Position numbers and translations under genes: made by a program. Below the pieces are notes generated by a model. That model searched no databases, was not told the origin of the DNA, and worked only from the letters and a program-made list of their open reading frames with translations. A stretch of DNA of 64,000 bases from Gemmatimonadota bacterium (GTDB taxonomy: Bacteria; Gemmatimonadota; Gemmatimonadetes; Gemmatimonadales; GWC2-71-9): assembly GCA_036679605.1 (NCBI GenBank), contig JAZDCZ010000180.1, positions 116,967 through 180,966 on the forward strand, read 5' to 3'. Numbering within the stretch: the first letter of the stretch is position 1; every line of letters starts with the position of its first letter. This document shows, piece after piece, positions 1 through 9,859 of this stretch.

Positions 1-1366
1 AGCCGGGCTTGAAATTCATGTACCCCATCAGGCCGGGGCCGGTGACAAGGAACAGAGTGATGAGAAGCCAAAAGATCGATCGATCTCGCTCTCTCAAGAT
101 GGTCGCGCCATAGATACCGAGAGAGACAAAGAACAACGTGAACGGAAGTCGCGCCGGGATCCAGCGCATTAACGAAGTATCGATCAGTGGTGTACCGCGT
201 GCGAAGACTGGATCACCCGTACCCAGGCCGTTGGCCCACTGCCAATCAAAATACTGCAGATAGTTTTGTATCTGCAGCAAGACCAGCGTCAACGATCTTC
301 CTGGATTGTCCGGTCCCGACGGAAAGATCGGGTTATCGAACGGCGAGCGTGGTGGATACTGCTTCCGGCCAATGACTGCTGTTAGGTTCTCCCAAGTCGA
401 AGGGTCCGCTTCGTTTATGAACGGACCGTGCTGCGCGCGAATATACAGAAAAGCATATAGGGTGGCGCCAAGTACAACCAAACCCAGGACCATCGCAGCA
501 AAACGAACGCCTCCGTGCATGATGGCATATGCCGCTGTGGCAGCAAACGCGATTGCGCCCAACAGCATGATATTGGAATTGCCGAGCCCAGTTCCGAGCA
601 TCAGCACCCACGCACCGGTCAACATCGCCCATTGAGACCACTCGACTCTCCGGTCTAGCTCGTTCTCCTGGGGCTCTGTCTTGAGCACATGTGCCACAAA
701 TACTATGAGCGCCGGCCCAACTAGTAGACCAAGCAGGTGACTTCCCAGTGAAAGTGCCTGGAGGTATACGGCGAGTAGCAGGAACTGGGCGGCACGTGGT
801 CGGCCGCGATGCTCGCGCCAGAGCCATCCCAGCAAGGTCGTAACGGCAATACTGAATGTTGCAACCACGTAAACTTCTGTTTCGTTGGAGTTCTGCCAGA
901 CCGTAAAGACAAATGCAGAGATGATTGCCGCCGCGGCTGCTCCCCCCAAAGCAAACGTACGGTCCTGCTGTTGCCCGTTCGCGCGACCGCGCAGAGTCTT
1001 CATCACAAGAATGAAGAAAACGGCCGCTCCAGCTGCGCTGAACGTCGCCGTCATCAGGTTGGTTCGGTATGCGAACCCGCCAATCGCTACGACTCGCGCC
1101 CAGACATTGGCCAACAGAGTGAAAAGGGGTGTTCCCGGCGGGTGGGGGATACCCAGGATCTTGGCTGTTGCGATGAACTCCCCGGCATCCCACAGCGTCA
1201 CCGTGGGCGCTAGGGTCCACACGTAGCCGGCAAGGACCAGCACAAAAATCGCCAGCGCCGCCAGGTACTCGAGTCGCGGTGCGCGCTCGGGGGTGACTGC
1301 GGAGGGCACGCGTCGCGCGAGCGGCACCGAGGTCTTGTCGTTTTCGACGTACCGTGCTGTTTTCAT
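1..1366 (-). CDS. DUF2723 family multi-pass membrane protein (TMEM260-like GT-C fold), 3' end outside window
   Basis: Not in ORF track. Manual translation from ATG at 1366 gives MKTARYVEND...YVWTLAPTVTLWDAGEFIATAKILGIPHPPGTPLF, the DUF2723 signature; same frame at the window edge reads LFLVTGPGLMGYMNFKPG. Confidence 0.85.
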   Translation of the reverse strand, partial: MKTARYVENDKTSVPLARRVPSAVTPERAPRLEYLAALAIFVLVLAGYVWTLAPTVTLWDAGEFIATAKILGIPHPPGTPLFTLLANVWARVVAIGGFAYRTNLMTATFSAAGAAVFFILVMKTLRGRANGQQQDRTFALGGAAAAAIISAFVFTVWQNSNETEVYVVATFSIAVTTLLGWLWREHRGRPRAAQFLLLAVYLQALSLGSHLLGLLVGPALIVFVAHVLKTEPQENELDRRVEWSQWAMLTGAWVLMLGTGLGNSNIMLLGAIAFAATAAYAIMHGGVRFAAMVLGLVVLGATLYAFLYIRAQHGPFINEADPSTWENLTAVIGRKQYPPRSPFDNPIFPSGPDNPGRSLTLVLLQIQNYLQYFDWQWANGLGTGDPVFARGTPLIDTSLMRWIPARLPFTLFFVSLGIYGATILRERDRSIFWLLITLFLVTGPGLMGYMNFKPG

Positions 1367-1382
1367 TCTCTATAATTTGGGA

Positions 1383-2186
1383 TTAGGCCGGCGAAGCCTC
1401 ACTAGGAGCGTCCGCCAGCGCAAGGGCGGGCCGGTCATGGCCCGCGAGTGCCTCGCGAACCTGATCGGGAGTCACACCGCTTCGCAGAAGTCCTCTTTCA
1501 GCAATAGAGATCTTCGCCGTTTCTTCTGAAACAACGATGACCACGGCGTCGGTCTCCTCCGATAGGCCCAAAGCGGCGCGGTGTCGTGTCCCCAACCGGC
1601 GATCCGTGACAGGAAATTGGGTAAGGGGAAGAACACATCCGGCCGCTACGATTTGGTCTCCTCGAATTACGACGGAGCCATCGTGAAGAGGTGAATACGG
1701 AGTGAAGATAGTCGCGAGGAGGTCCGCAGACACATTGGCCTGCATCTCGGATCCAGACTCCAAATAGGGGTTCAGCGATACCTCGCCCTCAGAAGCGATG
1801 ATCGCGCCCGTCCCGCTACGCGAAAGTCGGCCCACTGCCTCTGCGATCTCGTCAGCAACGGCTCTCTGCGTGGTACTCGTCAGAAACCTAATAGCACGCG
1901 ACCGGCCGAGTCGCGCCAGCGCCTGCCGAAGCTCGGGCTGGAACACAACGACGGCTGCAAAAGCACCATAAGTGAACACGAGGCTCAACAAGGTGGCAAT
2001 CATATCCAGCTTGAGGAGCACGGCGCCGAAATAGATAAGCACCAGCGAGATCAAGCCGACCAGGATCTGGAACGCTCTGGTACCGGCCAGAAACATCAGC
2101 AATCGGTAAATAACGTACGCGACGATGAGTATTTCCACGACGTCTCGCACGCCCGGTGACAAGAACCCAAAATATTCGAACGACAC
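1383..2186 (-). CDS. cdaA: Diadenylate cyclase CdaA/DacA
   Basis: Three N-terminal TM segments, FQPELR, catalytic motifs PLHDG and GTRHRAA, SEET. Confidence 0.93.
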   Translation of the reverse strand: MSFEYFGFLSPGVRDVVEILIVAYVIYRLLMFLAGTRAFQILVGLISLVLIYFGAVLLKLDMIATLLSLVFTYGAFAAVVVFQPELRQALARLGRSRAIRFLTSTTQRAVADEIAEAVGRLSRSGTGAIIASEGEVSLNPYLESGSEMQANVSADLLATIFTPYSPLHDGSVVIRGDQIVAAGCVLPLTQFPVTDRRLGTRHRAALGLSEETDAVVIVVSEETAKISIAERGLLRSGVTPDQVREALAGHDRPALALADAPSEASPA

Positions 2187-2196
2187 GATCTATCCT

Positions 2197-3210
2197 CTAC
2201 TTACCGGCATGATGGATCGCCAGGATATCACGCAACAGTCGTACTGCATGCACGCGAAACAGCATCGCGCCCAGAGCGTATGCCACGAGACACACGGCTG
2301 CCGTCATGGAGTCACGGCTGACTGCTTCGTCGTTCGCCATCAAGTCAAGAAACCGCTTACGTGACGGTCCCACCATGAGCGGCAAACCGGTCGAGCTGAG
2401 GACAGACAATCTGCTAAGTATCTCGTAGTTCTGCTCCGGCATCTTCGAAAAGCCGAACCCGGGATCGAGTACGATACTGTGTCTTTTCACACCCTGCTCA
2501 CAAGCCAACTCCACAGATCTGTTCAGCTCTTGTGCGGTCTCCGCGGTCACGTCCACATAGGTCGCATGGTCGTACGTGGCCAACTCCGGCAACGATCCGC
2601 GAGAATGCATTAGAATGACACCGGCACCATGCTCCGCACACACGGTCGCGATCCGGGGATCGAGCCGCAATCCCGATACATCGTTTATCGCCCAGGCTCC
2701 AGCACCCAATGCCCGTTCTGCTGTCTCCGCCCTAACTGTGTCGATCGTGATGGGGTAGTCTGGGTATTGGCGTGCCAATTCACCGACGACCGGCTTCAAC
2801 CGCCGCCACTCTTCTGCGCCCGAAACCGCCTCGGGGCGACCCGGGCGAGTTGATTGGGCACCTATATCGAGCAAATCCGCTCCGGCCTCAATCATCTCCT
2901 CAGCGTGCCTCATGGCCGCAGACGGATGCAAGTACCTTCCGCCGTCGCTAAAGGAATCGGGAGTTATGTTCAGAATTCCCACGATCAGGGGTCGGTCAAA
3001 GGGCACGACCCCTCGGGCCATCACCCAGTTGCCGACCTTCGGTGGATTGTCGCCCAGACCCGATTGGCCGATTTCAGGCAGACGATCGAGAACAAAATCA
3101 ACGGGAACTGCCTGGATGGCTGCCGCAGCCCGGTCACGTTCCATTCCCCGCCGTACCAGCGCATCACACACCATATCGGTGGTGTGCGCTGCCAGCGGGG
3201 CATGCGTCAT
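2197..3210 (-). CDS. folP: Dihydropteroate synthase with N-terminal extension
   Basis: GILNITPDSFSDGG, DIGAQSTRPG, INDVSG, LDPGFGFSK, GPSRKRF, FRVH; directly after ftsH. Confidence 0.95.
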   Translation of the reverse strand: MTHAPLAAHTTDMVCDALVRRGMERDRAAAAIQAVPVDFVLDRLPEIGQSGLGDNPPKVGNWVMARGVVPFDRPLIVGILNITPDSFSDGGRYLHPSAAMRHAEEMIEAGADLLDIGAQSTRPGRPEAVSGAEEWRRLKPVVGELARQYPDYPITIDTVRAETAERALGAGAWAINDVSGLRLDPRIATVCAEHGAGVILMHSRGSLPELATYDHATYVDVTAETAQELNRSVELACEQGVKRHSIVLDPGFGFSKMPEQNYEILSRLSVLSSTGLPLMVGPSRKRFLDLMANDEAVSRDSMTAAVCLVAYALGAMLFRVHAVRLLRDILAIHHAGK

Positions 3211-5192
3211 GCCCCGGCTGGCTCGGCCGGGGGACTCCCGAGCACTGGCCCCGGATCGGAAGAAGATGTCTTCTTTTCGGGGGGCGCCGGAGCGGGTGCA
3301 GAGGCACCTGCGGAGTCGGCTGGCGGCCGCTCCGGTAGTTCTTTGCCGGCAACAACCAGCTCCACCTCTTCACGGCCAATTGTCTCTCTCTCGAGCAGCA
3401 CCTCAGCCATGCGGTGGAGCGTGTCCATATCTCCCTTCAGAATCTTGTGGGCTCGAGCGTAGCCCTCCTCCAAAATTCGCTTGACCTCCCTATCAACCAA
3501 CTCGGCCGTTCCATCGGATATCTCGCGACGCTGCGAAAACTCACGGCCCAGGAAAATTTGGTGTTCCTGATCGCCCACGGCGACAGGACCCACCGCATCG
3601 CTCATCCCGAACTGTGTTACCATCTGGCGCGCCATTTCTGTGGCCTGCCGAATGTCCTGGGCCGCGCCAGTTGTCACCTTTTCGAGACCGAATATCAACT
3701 CTTCCGCTACGCGACCACCGTAAGCCATCGCAAGACGACCATTGATATATTCCTTCGTGTAGTTGTGTCTGTCTTCCTCGGGCAAGGAGAAGGTCAGACC
3801 CAGCGCCCTGCCTCTGGGAACGATGCTGACCTTGTGCACCGGATCAAGAATCGGTATCCGAAGGCTCACAATAGCGTGTCCGGCCTCGTGAAATGCGGTG
3901 AGCTTGCGTTCATCGTCCGACAGGACCATGCTCTTGCGCTCGACCCCAAGCATGACCTTATCCTTTGCGTCCTCCAGATCCTCGTTTTCAACCGCCGATT
4001 TGTTGCGCCGTGCGGCCAAGAGTGCGGCCTCATTGATGATGTTTGCGAGGTCGGCACCCGCCAGGCCCGCCGTCGCTTTGGCTATCAGGTCTAGTTTGAC
4101 CTGGTTGGCGAGCGGGATCTTACGCACATGCACCTTCAGTATCATCTCTCGCCCGCGCACATCCGGCATGTCCACGACAATCTGACGGTCGAAGCGTCCC
4201 GGCCTCAGCAGGGCGGGATCCAAGACATCGGGTCTGTTGGTTGCCGCCAAGAGAATGACGCCTTCGTTCGACTCGAATCCATCCATCTCGACTAGGAGCT
4301 GGTTCAACGTCTGCTCACGCTCATCATGTCCGCCGCCTAGGCCGGCGCCACGATGCCGTCCAACCGCATCTATCTCATCAATAAAAATGATGCAGGGAGC
4401 ATGCGCCTTCCCCTGCTCAAAGAGATCTCTCACTCGGGATGCGCCCACCCCTACAAACATCTCTACAAAATCCGATCCCGACATCGAGAAGAACGGACGC
4501 GCTGCTTCACCGGCGACCGCACGCGCCAAAAGAGTCTTGCCAGTACCTGGAGGACCAACAAGTAGAACCCCCTTGGGCAATCGGCCGCCCAATCGCTGAA
4601 ACTTTTGCGGATCTTTCAGAAACTCTATTATTTCCTCTAACTCAACCTTGGCCTCGTCCGCACCGGCCACGTCTTGGAAGGTGACCTTAGGCGTGTCCGC
4701 TGTTAACATTTTGGCCTTGGACTTGCCGAACGAGAACGCCCGATTCCCACCTTGCTGGACCTGCCGGAAGAAAAAGACCCACAGACCTATGAGTATGACC
4801 CATGGCAGCAACTGAACGAAAATTTGACCAAACGACGTCTTGGGTTCCTTGGCGGTGATCCTTATCTGCTTTTCCTCGATCCGATCGAGTAGCAGTTCAG
4901 AATCCTGGATCGGGAGCACGGTGTTGAATCGCAACACCTCTCGTCCGTTATCAGATATGGATTGTTTGAGTTCGCCCTTCAAATACTTGCCGCTGGTGAT
5001 CTCGACGTTTGCCACATTGTCTCGGTCGAGTTCGCGGCGGAATTTCGAATACGGCAGCTCAACGGACTCATCACGCTTGGGCCCGAGCATTTGGTAAAAA
5101 ACCAAAGGCACCAGTACAACGAGCAACCAAAACAACAAGTTCTTGCTCATCATACCCCAACCGGCTTTTTTCGGCGGCAATCGCTCTGCCAT
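3207..5192 (-). CDS. ftsH: ATP-dependent zinc metalloprotease FtsH
   Basis: Two TM segments, Walker A GPPGTGKT, Walker [29 protein letters not shown] zinc motif. Confidence 0.98.
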   Translation of the reverse strand: MAERLPPKKAGWGMMSKNLLFWLLVVLVPLVFYQMLGPKRDESVELPYSKFRRELDRDNVANVEITSGKYLKGELKQSISDNGREVLRFNTVLPIQDSELLLDRIEEKQIRITAKEPKTSFGQIFVQLLPWVILIGLWVFFFRQVQQGGNRAFSFGKSKAKMLTADTPKVTFQDVAGADEAKVELEEIIEFLKDPQKFQRLGGRLPKGVLLVGPPGTGKTLLARAVAGEAARPFFSMSGSDFVEMFVGVGASRVRDLFEQGKAHAPCIIFIDEIDAVGRHRGAGLGGGHDEREQTLNQLLVEMDGFESNEGVILLAATNRPDVLDPALLRPGRFDRQIVVDMPDVRGREMILKVHVRKIPLANQVKLDLIAKATAGLAGADLANIINEAALLAARRNKSAVENEDLEDAKDKVMLGVERKSMVLSDDERKLTAFHEAGHAIVSLRIPILDPVHKVSIVPRGRALGLTFSLPEEDRHNYTKEYINGRLAMAYGGRVAEELIFGLEKVTTGAAQDIRQATEMARQMVTQFGMSDAVGPVAVGDQEHQIFLGREFSQRREISDGTAELVDREVKRILEEGYARAHKILKGDMDTLHRMAEVLLERETIGREEVELVVAGKELPERPPADSAGASAPAPAPPEKKTSSSDPGPVLGSPPAEPAGA

Positions 5193-5194
5193 AT

Positions 5195-5743
5195 CTAATC
5201 CTTCAATGCCGCTATGAACGGCAGGTGACGGAAATCTTCCGCATAATCAAGACCGTACCCAACGAGAAAATCGGGCGGCGCATCGAAACCAACGAAACGC
5301 GGTTCGTATTGAAGAGACTTCGCTACCCGCTTATGCAACAGCGCACACACATCTAGACTCGACGGGTCGCGCGTCTCGAATAACCGTACCAGTTGGTTCA
5401 GCGTGGCTCCTGAATCTACAATATCTTCCACGAACAACACTCGTTTACCGGCAACATCTGCCTCCGAATCGTAATGGAGCCTTACGTGACCGCTCGACTT
5501 CTTGGCCGATCCATATGATGCGGCAACCAGGAAGTCCAGCTGATGGGGTCGCGGAATAGCTCGCGCAAGGTCGCTCAAGAACATGAAGCTCCCTTTCAGC
5601 AGCCCAACTAGAAGCAGATCTCCATTATCATAGTATTCACCTATCTCCTGTCCGAGTTCCACGACTCGTCGCCGGATCGTCTCAGCATCAAAGATCACGT
5701 CGACTTCATGACCGCCCGTCAACTCGAGTATTTGCTCCTGCAC
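5195..5743 (-). CDS. hpt: Hypoxanthine phosphoribosyltransferase
   Basis: GLLKGSFMF, PRPP motif VEDIVDSGATL, FLVGYGLDY; tilS-hpt-ftsH synteny. Confidence 0.96.
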   Translation of the reverse strand: MQEQILELTGGHEVDVIFDAETIRRRVVELGQEIGEYYDNGDLLLVGLLKGSFMFLSDLARAIPRPHQLDFLVAASYGSAKKSSGHVRLHYDSEADVAGKRVLFVEDIVDSGATLNQLVRLFETRDPSSLDVCALLHKRVAKSLQYEPRFVGFDAPPDFLVGYGLDYAEDFRHLPFIAALKD

Positions 5744-7100
5744 GCGCCTCCAGCTTCATAGATGGTTCGCCTACCCTCGGTACATCCAACTCGGACCGAC
5801 ATACTCCAGGGATCCAGATAACTTCACCGCCCCGAACCACAATCGGGTACGCAGCCCGGTCCCGAGATCGTACACCGGCCTCCATCAACAACCTCCGGAC
5901 CCTGCGCCGACCTACACCGCCCAACGGAAAAATTCTGTCGCCTGTTCGCTGCACCCTGATCTCGCCCGCACCGAGCGTAACCCACGTACAAAACGAACCG
6001 CGACTCAACCTCTTCGCCGGCTCGGGCACCCACTCAAACTCCCACTCCCGCCAGGCAGCGCTGCCACGCTCCTTCGCGCCCCAAACCACCGGTTCACACA
6101 AACGCACGCTCGGCGGCGGCTCCACTTGTGCAATCCGCAATCGCGAGAACACGATTTCGGCCTCCCAGCCCGACCCGAGTTCAAACCTGTGCCCGCTGGA
6201 ACTCTTGGCGAGAAATTGCCGCAAGCGTGTCGCACACTTGGGCCCCACCACACAACCAGCCTCTCGTGCCAATGCACGCAAAATGCCTTCTGATAACACT
6301 TTATGATACCGTTGAAACGGTGCCCGAGCAACCTCGACGACCCCGGTGTGGCCACTTAATTCCAGCTCGGGGAGCACCCGCAGGATCTGAGACCATGCGG
6401 CCCTCTCGGAGGCCGCCTGCCTGGCCACGTCCAACAGTCGATCGTCTGTTCCCGGGCCAAAACGGTCACGGAGTAGCGGCAGCAATTCTGTGCGCAGCCA
6501 GGATCGGTCGTGACGCGGATCGACGTTGCTGGGATCGTCGAAGACAGGAGGCCGGCTTTCCGGATCGGGGTAGGTCGCCTCCATCCACGAGACCAGCTCC
6601 GATTTCCGAAATGGCAAGAGCGGACGTCTCAAACCTCCGGCACTGCTACTTGCGATCCCCGCCAGGCCAGCCGTTCCGGAACCTCGCAGGAACCGGTATA
6701 AAACGGTTTCGACCTGATCATCCGCGTGGTGGGCCGTGACCAAGTATTTCGCCCCAACACGCCTCTGAACACCGCGCAGAGCTTCGTAGCGGGATACACG
6801 CGCCACGGTCTCCGTTGTGCCCGGGCCCAAGGCAAGCGTCTCGATGTAACATCTGAGGGAAAACCGCTTTGCCAGTTTCTCGACCCGGCACGCCACATCT
6901 CGACTCCCGCCAAGAATGCCGTGATCGACGTGAGCGATTGCGAGATCCAGATCCAGATCACCGGCGATCGCAACCATCAACCCAAGTAGGGCGATCGAGT
7001 CTGCTCCCCCGCTCACAGCGAGTAGAGCAAGCCCTGGTTCATCGAAAAGCAGCTCGTCCTGCACATATCGCAGCAGACGAGTGCCGACTTCGGTTGTCAC
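5706..7100 (-). CDS. tilS: tRNA(Ile)-lysidine synthetase
   Basis: AVSGGADS PP-loop, HVDHG, TAHHADDQVET, DPSN. Likely GTG start at 7100 overlapping the upstream stop (GTGA), rather than the track start at 7229. Confidence 0.93.
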   Translation of the reverse strand: MTTEVGTRLLRYVQDELLFDEPGLALLAVSGGADSIALLGLMVAIAGDLDLDLAIAHVDHGILGGSRDVACRVEKLAKRFSLRCYIETLALGPGTTETVARVSRYEALRGVQRRVGAKYLVTAHHADDQVETVLYRFLRGSGTAGLAGIASSSAGGLRRPLLPFRKSELVSWMEATYPDPESRPPVFDDPSNVDPRHDRSWLRTELLPLLRDRFGPGTDDRLLDVARQAASERAAWSQILRVLPELELSGHTGVVEVARAPFQRYHKVLSEGILRALAREAGCVVGPKCATRLRQFLAKSSSGHRFELGSGWEAEIVFSRLRIAQVEPPPSVRLCEPVVWGAKERGSAAWREWEFEWVPEPAKRLSRGSFCTWVTLGAGEIRVQRTGDRIFPLGGVGRRRVRRLLMEAGVRSRDRAAYPIVVRGGEVIWIPGVCRSELDVPRVGEPSMKLEARAGANTRVDGRS

Positions 7101-7573
7101 CCTCCCTCCGATGCCTTCTTGCGAGCCTGCGCCAGGTAGCCAGGCTTGAGCCCGAGGAGATGGGAGACCTTTCTCATGAGATAGCTTTCGTGTTTCGCCA
7201 ACTCGCCGTCGGCGTACACCACCCGCCACATTACTTCAGCCAGCACCATCTTCTGGCCAATATCGTAGCGTTCCGTGATGAGCCGGGTAAACTGATAGAG
7301 ATCGACGGCCCGTGTTCGCTCCTCCTCGGCAAGAGCAATCAGCTCATTGGCTGTGTCGGGTGGCACATCAAAGTGCCGTACCAACGCCTCCTCGATATGG
7401 GCTCGTTCGTCCGCCGTGAACTCGTCATCTGCGTGAGCCAACTCCAACAGAAGCGCACAGGCAGCAATTTGGATCGAACCGTGCCGTGCTGTTGACGACG
7501 CCGCTAGCTCGTCTGTTGGCTCCTCTGCGGAATCAAGATTCTTGATGAAGAATGACTTGATGCTTTCAAGCAT
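7097..7573 (-). CDS. TerB family protein
   Basis: AACALLLELAHADDEF...E and VMWRVVYADGEL...E acidic metal-binding pattern. Confidence 0.85.
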   Translation of the reverse strand: MLESIKSFFIKNLDSAEEPTDELAASSTARHGSIQIAACALLLELAHADDEFTADERAHIEEALVRHFDVPPDTANELIALAEEERTRAVDLYQFTRLITERYDIGQKMVLAEVMWRVVYADGELAKHESYLMRKVSHLLGLKPGYLAQARKKASEGG

Positions 7574-7602
7574 GCACTACCCTCCCTACAGATCTACCGT
7601 GG

Positions 7603-8289
7603 CTATTTACTCGTTCCGTCGTTCCACTGCACGAATTCCTCGAGTGACTTGCGCCGCAAGTCCGGTACTGTCGCATCGTCGGACGGGTACCCTATGGGAA
7701 ACAGGATATACGGTTTCTCGTTGGGGGGACGATTCAACAGCTTCGAGAGAAATCCCATTGGGCTAGGAGTGTGAGTCAAGGTCACTAAACCCATTGAGTG
7801 CAAGGCGCTGATAAAGATGCCACACGCTATACCGACGCTCTCGTTTACATAGTAATTGTTCCGCTTCGTACCGTCCTCGGCGAGGCCGTATGATTCCTTA
7901 AAGACAACCACTAAATAGGGAGCTTCTTCAAGAAACGGCTTGTGCCAATCGGTCCCAAGAGCAGCCAGCGCCTCCAGCCACTCCTTGGAAAACCGGTGAT
8001 CGTAGTTGTCGCGTTCTTCTCGCTCGGCGGCTTCTCTAATGGAGCGCTTGATCTCTTTGTCATCGACAATTACGAAGCGCCATGGTTGGCGATGTGCTCC
8101 CGAAGGAGCCGTCGCAGCAGCACGCACAGCGTACTCAATACAATCACGAGGTACCGGATCCGCCGAAAAGAAGCGGACCGACCGTCTCCGGTTCATGAGT
8201 TCGTGAAATTCTCGAGCCCTGGCGACCATCTCGCTCTCTGTGCGGCGCTCAAACTGCAACGGAACGTAGCGCGGTTTACTACCTACCAT
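7603..8289 (-). CDS. Nitroreductase-superfamily protein, iodotyrosine deiodinase (IYD)-like
   Basis: RRSVRFF, APSGAHRQPW, lid EEREERDNY-like segment REAAEREERDNY...WLEAL..LGTDWHKPFLEEAPYL, and LTHTP. Confidence 0.85.
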   Translation of the reverse strand: MVGSKPRYVPLQFERRTESEMVARAREFHELMNRRRSVRFFSADPVPRDCIEYAVRAAATAPSGAHRQPWRFVIVDDKEIKRSIREAAEREERDNYDHRFSKEWLEALAALGTDWHKPFLEEAPYLVVVFKESYGLAEDGTKRNNYYVNESVGIACGIFISALHSMGLVTLTHTPSPMGFLSKLLNRPPNEKPYILFPIGYPSDDATVPDLRRKSLEEFVQWNDGTSK

Positions 8290-8404
8290 CGCGACTCCTT
8301 AAGATATCTTGTCTGACTATCTGGAATTTATGCCGAGAACAGGCCGGCGGTTAGCGCCGGCGACATATGGACGAGGAGCAACCTTACTCGTGGCAAGCCC
8401 GCTC

Positions 8405-9859
8405 TTATAGATAGGGACTCAATAGGCGCGCCGTACCGTCGCGCAGCCGAACCGGAAGGCTGCGTGCGTCCACATCGGCCTTGGTGACTTCGCGCGCACT
8501 GCTCAGTTTTGCTTCGACGACACGACCCAGGCGCTCGGATAGGTCTTCGTCATAGCACTCCAAGTCGAACTCGAAATTTAGCCTTAGGCTCCGGTCGTCC
8601 CAGTTGGCCGAGCCAAGAAGAACCCATGCCCCGTCCACTAACGTGAGCTTGGTGTGATCGAACGGTGCCGGCGAAGCGAAGACACGACAGCCTCGTTCCA
8701 AGAGGCGCCAGAGGTGTGCGGTGGACGCCCACTTCACCAACGGCTGGTTGCTCACGGCGGGCAGCACAATCGTGACAGCAACGCCACGCATTGCCGCAAC
8801 GTTCAGTGCGCTTATCAGCTCGCGATCTGGCAGGAAGTAGGGAGTGACGACACATATGCGTCGTTGGGCAGTTGCAACGGCAGCCAGCAGAGTCAGATGC
8901 AGTCTGTCAAAATCTTCGTCTGGTCCATCTGCAATCCCTCGGGCCAGAATCGATCCTGCCATCTCGAGTTCAGGAAACCAGTTTTCTCCCGTCAAAACTT
9001 CCTCGGTACTGAACGCCCAGTCTTCTGTAAATGCCTCCGCAAGATGCTCTACTACAGGACCTTCGACCCGAAAATGGAGATCCTCTACCGGCCGACGAGG
9101 AAGGTCGTTCAGAACGTGGCCCGCCCGAATGTTCATTCCACCCGTAAAACCCACACGTCCGTCCACTACAAGGATCTTGCGGTGAATTCGGAGATTGAGA
9201 AACGGGATTCTCCATGGCTTCACAGCCTCCAGGAACCGCGCTACCGTCACACGCTTGCGCCTTAGCGCTCGCACCATTGAGGGCCACGAATACCGGGATC
9301 CAAAGGCATCGATCAGCACCCTAACCTCAACCCCCCTAGTCACTGCGCGACCAAGAGCATCGAGAAATCGCTCTCCAGCTCGGTCATGATCGAATATGTA
9401 AGTGCTCAATCCCAGGGTGTGCTCGGCTGCATCGATGGCATCCAGCATCCGTGGATAGGCCTCATCGCCATTCACCAATGCTTCTATCCTGTTGCCAGAT
9501 ACCAGGGGTCGCCCAGCAACACGTCCGACCATCCTGGCGAGTCCGGCCAGGTGACCTCGCTGCTCCGACAACTTGTCGGTAACGGCATGCCAATCGGTAA
9601 ATGTGTCAGGCGGGCGCTGGCGGGCGTCGTGGCCCAGCCGTCTCAATGCCGCTGCCCGGCGCTTGATTCGATTGATTCCGAGAAGCACGTACAGCAGGGA
9701 GCCCACAATTGGCACGAACCAGATCAAACCAACCCAACCCGCTGCCGCGCGGGGATCCCGCTTGTGCAGCACGACGTGGCCTGACATCCCGAGTGCCAGA
9801 ATCACCGTCAGTGCGCCAATGATCCATGAGCGAAGCTCCAAGAGATCAACCACTGACAC
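8405..9859 (-). CDS. cls: Cardiolipin synthase (PLD family)
   Basis: Two N-terminal TM segments and two HxKxxxxD motifs (HRKILVVDG, HTKLTLVDG). Start uncertain between 9853 and 9892. Confidence 0.9.
   Translation of the reverse strand: MSVVDLLELRSWIIGALTVILALGMSGHVVLHKRDPRAAAGWVGLIWFVPIVGSLLYVLLGINRIKRRAAALRRLGHDARQRPPDTFTDWHAVTDKLSEQRGHLAGLARMVGRVAGRPLVSGNRIEALVNGDEAYPRMLDAIDAAEHTLGLSTYIFDHDRAGERFLDALGRAVTRGVEVRVLIDAFGSRYSWPSMVRALRRKRVTVARFLEAVKPWRIPFLNLRIHRKILVVDGRVGFTGGMNIRAGHVLNDLPRRPVEDLHFRVEGPVVEHLAEAFTEDWAFSTEEVLTGENWFPELEMAGSILARGIADGPDEDFDRLHLTLLAAVATAQRRICVVTPYFLPDRELISALNVAAMRGVAVTIVLPAVSNQPLVKWASTAHLWRLLERGCRVFASPAPFDHTKLTLVDGAWVLLGSANWDDRSLRLNFEFDLECYDEDLSERLGRVVEAKLSSAREVTKADVDARSLPVRLRDGTARLLSPYL

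Noticed and set aside
333..1220. 295-aa minus-strand ORF in the track
   Set aside because: Alternative frame of the DUF2723 gene; no recognisable motifs.
7101..7229. Extended N-terminus of tilS
   Set aside because: Overlaps terB coding sequence; the GTGA overlap at 7097-7100 with a GGAGG RBS is a better start.
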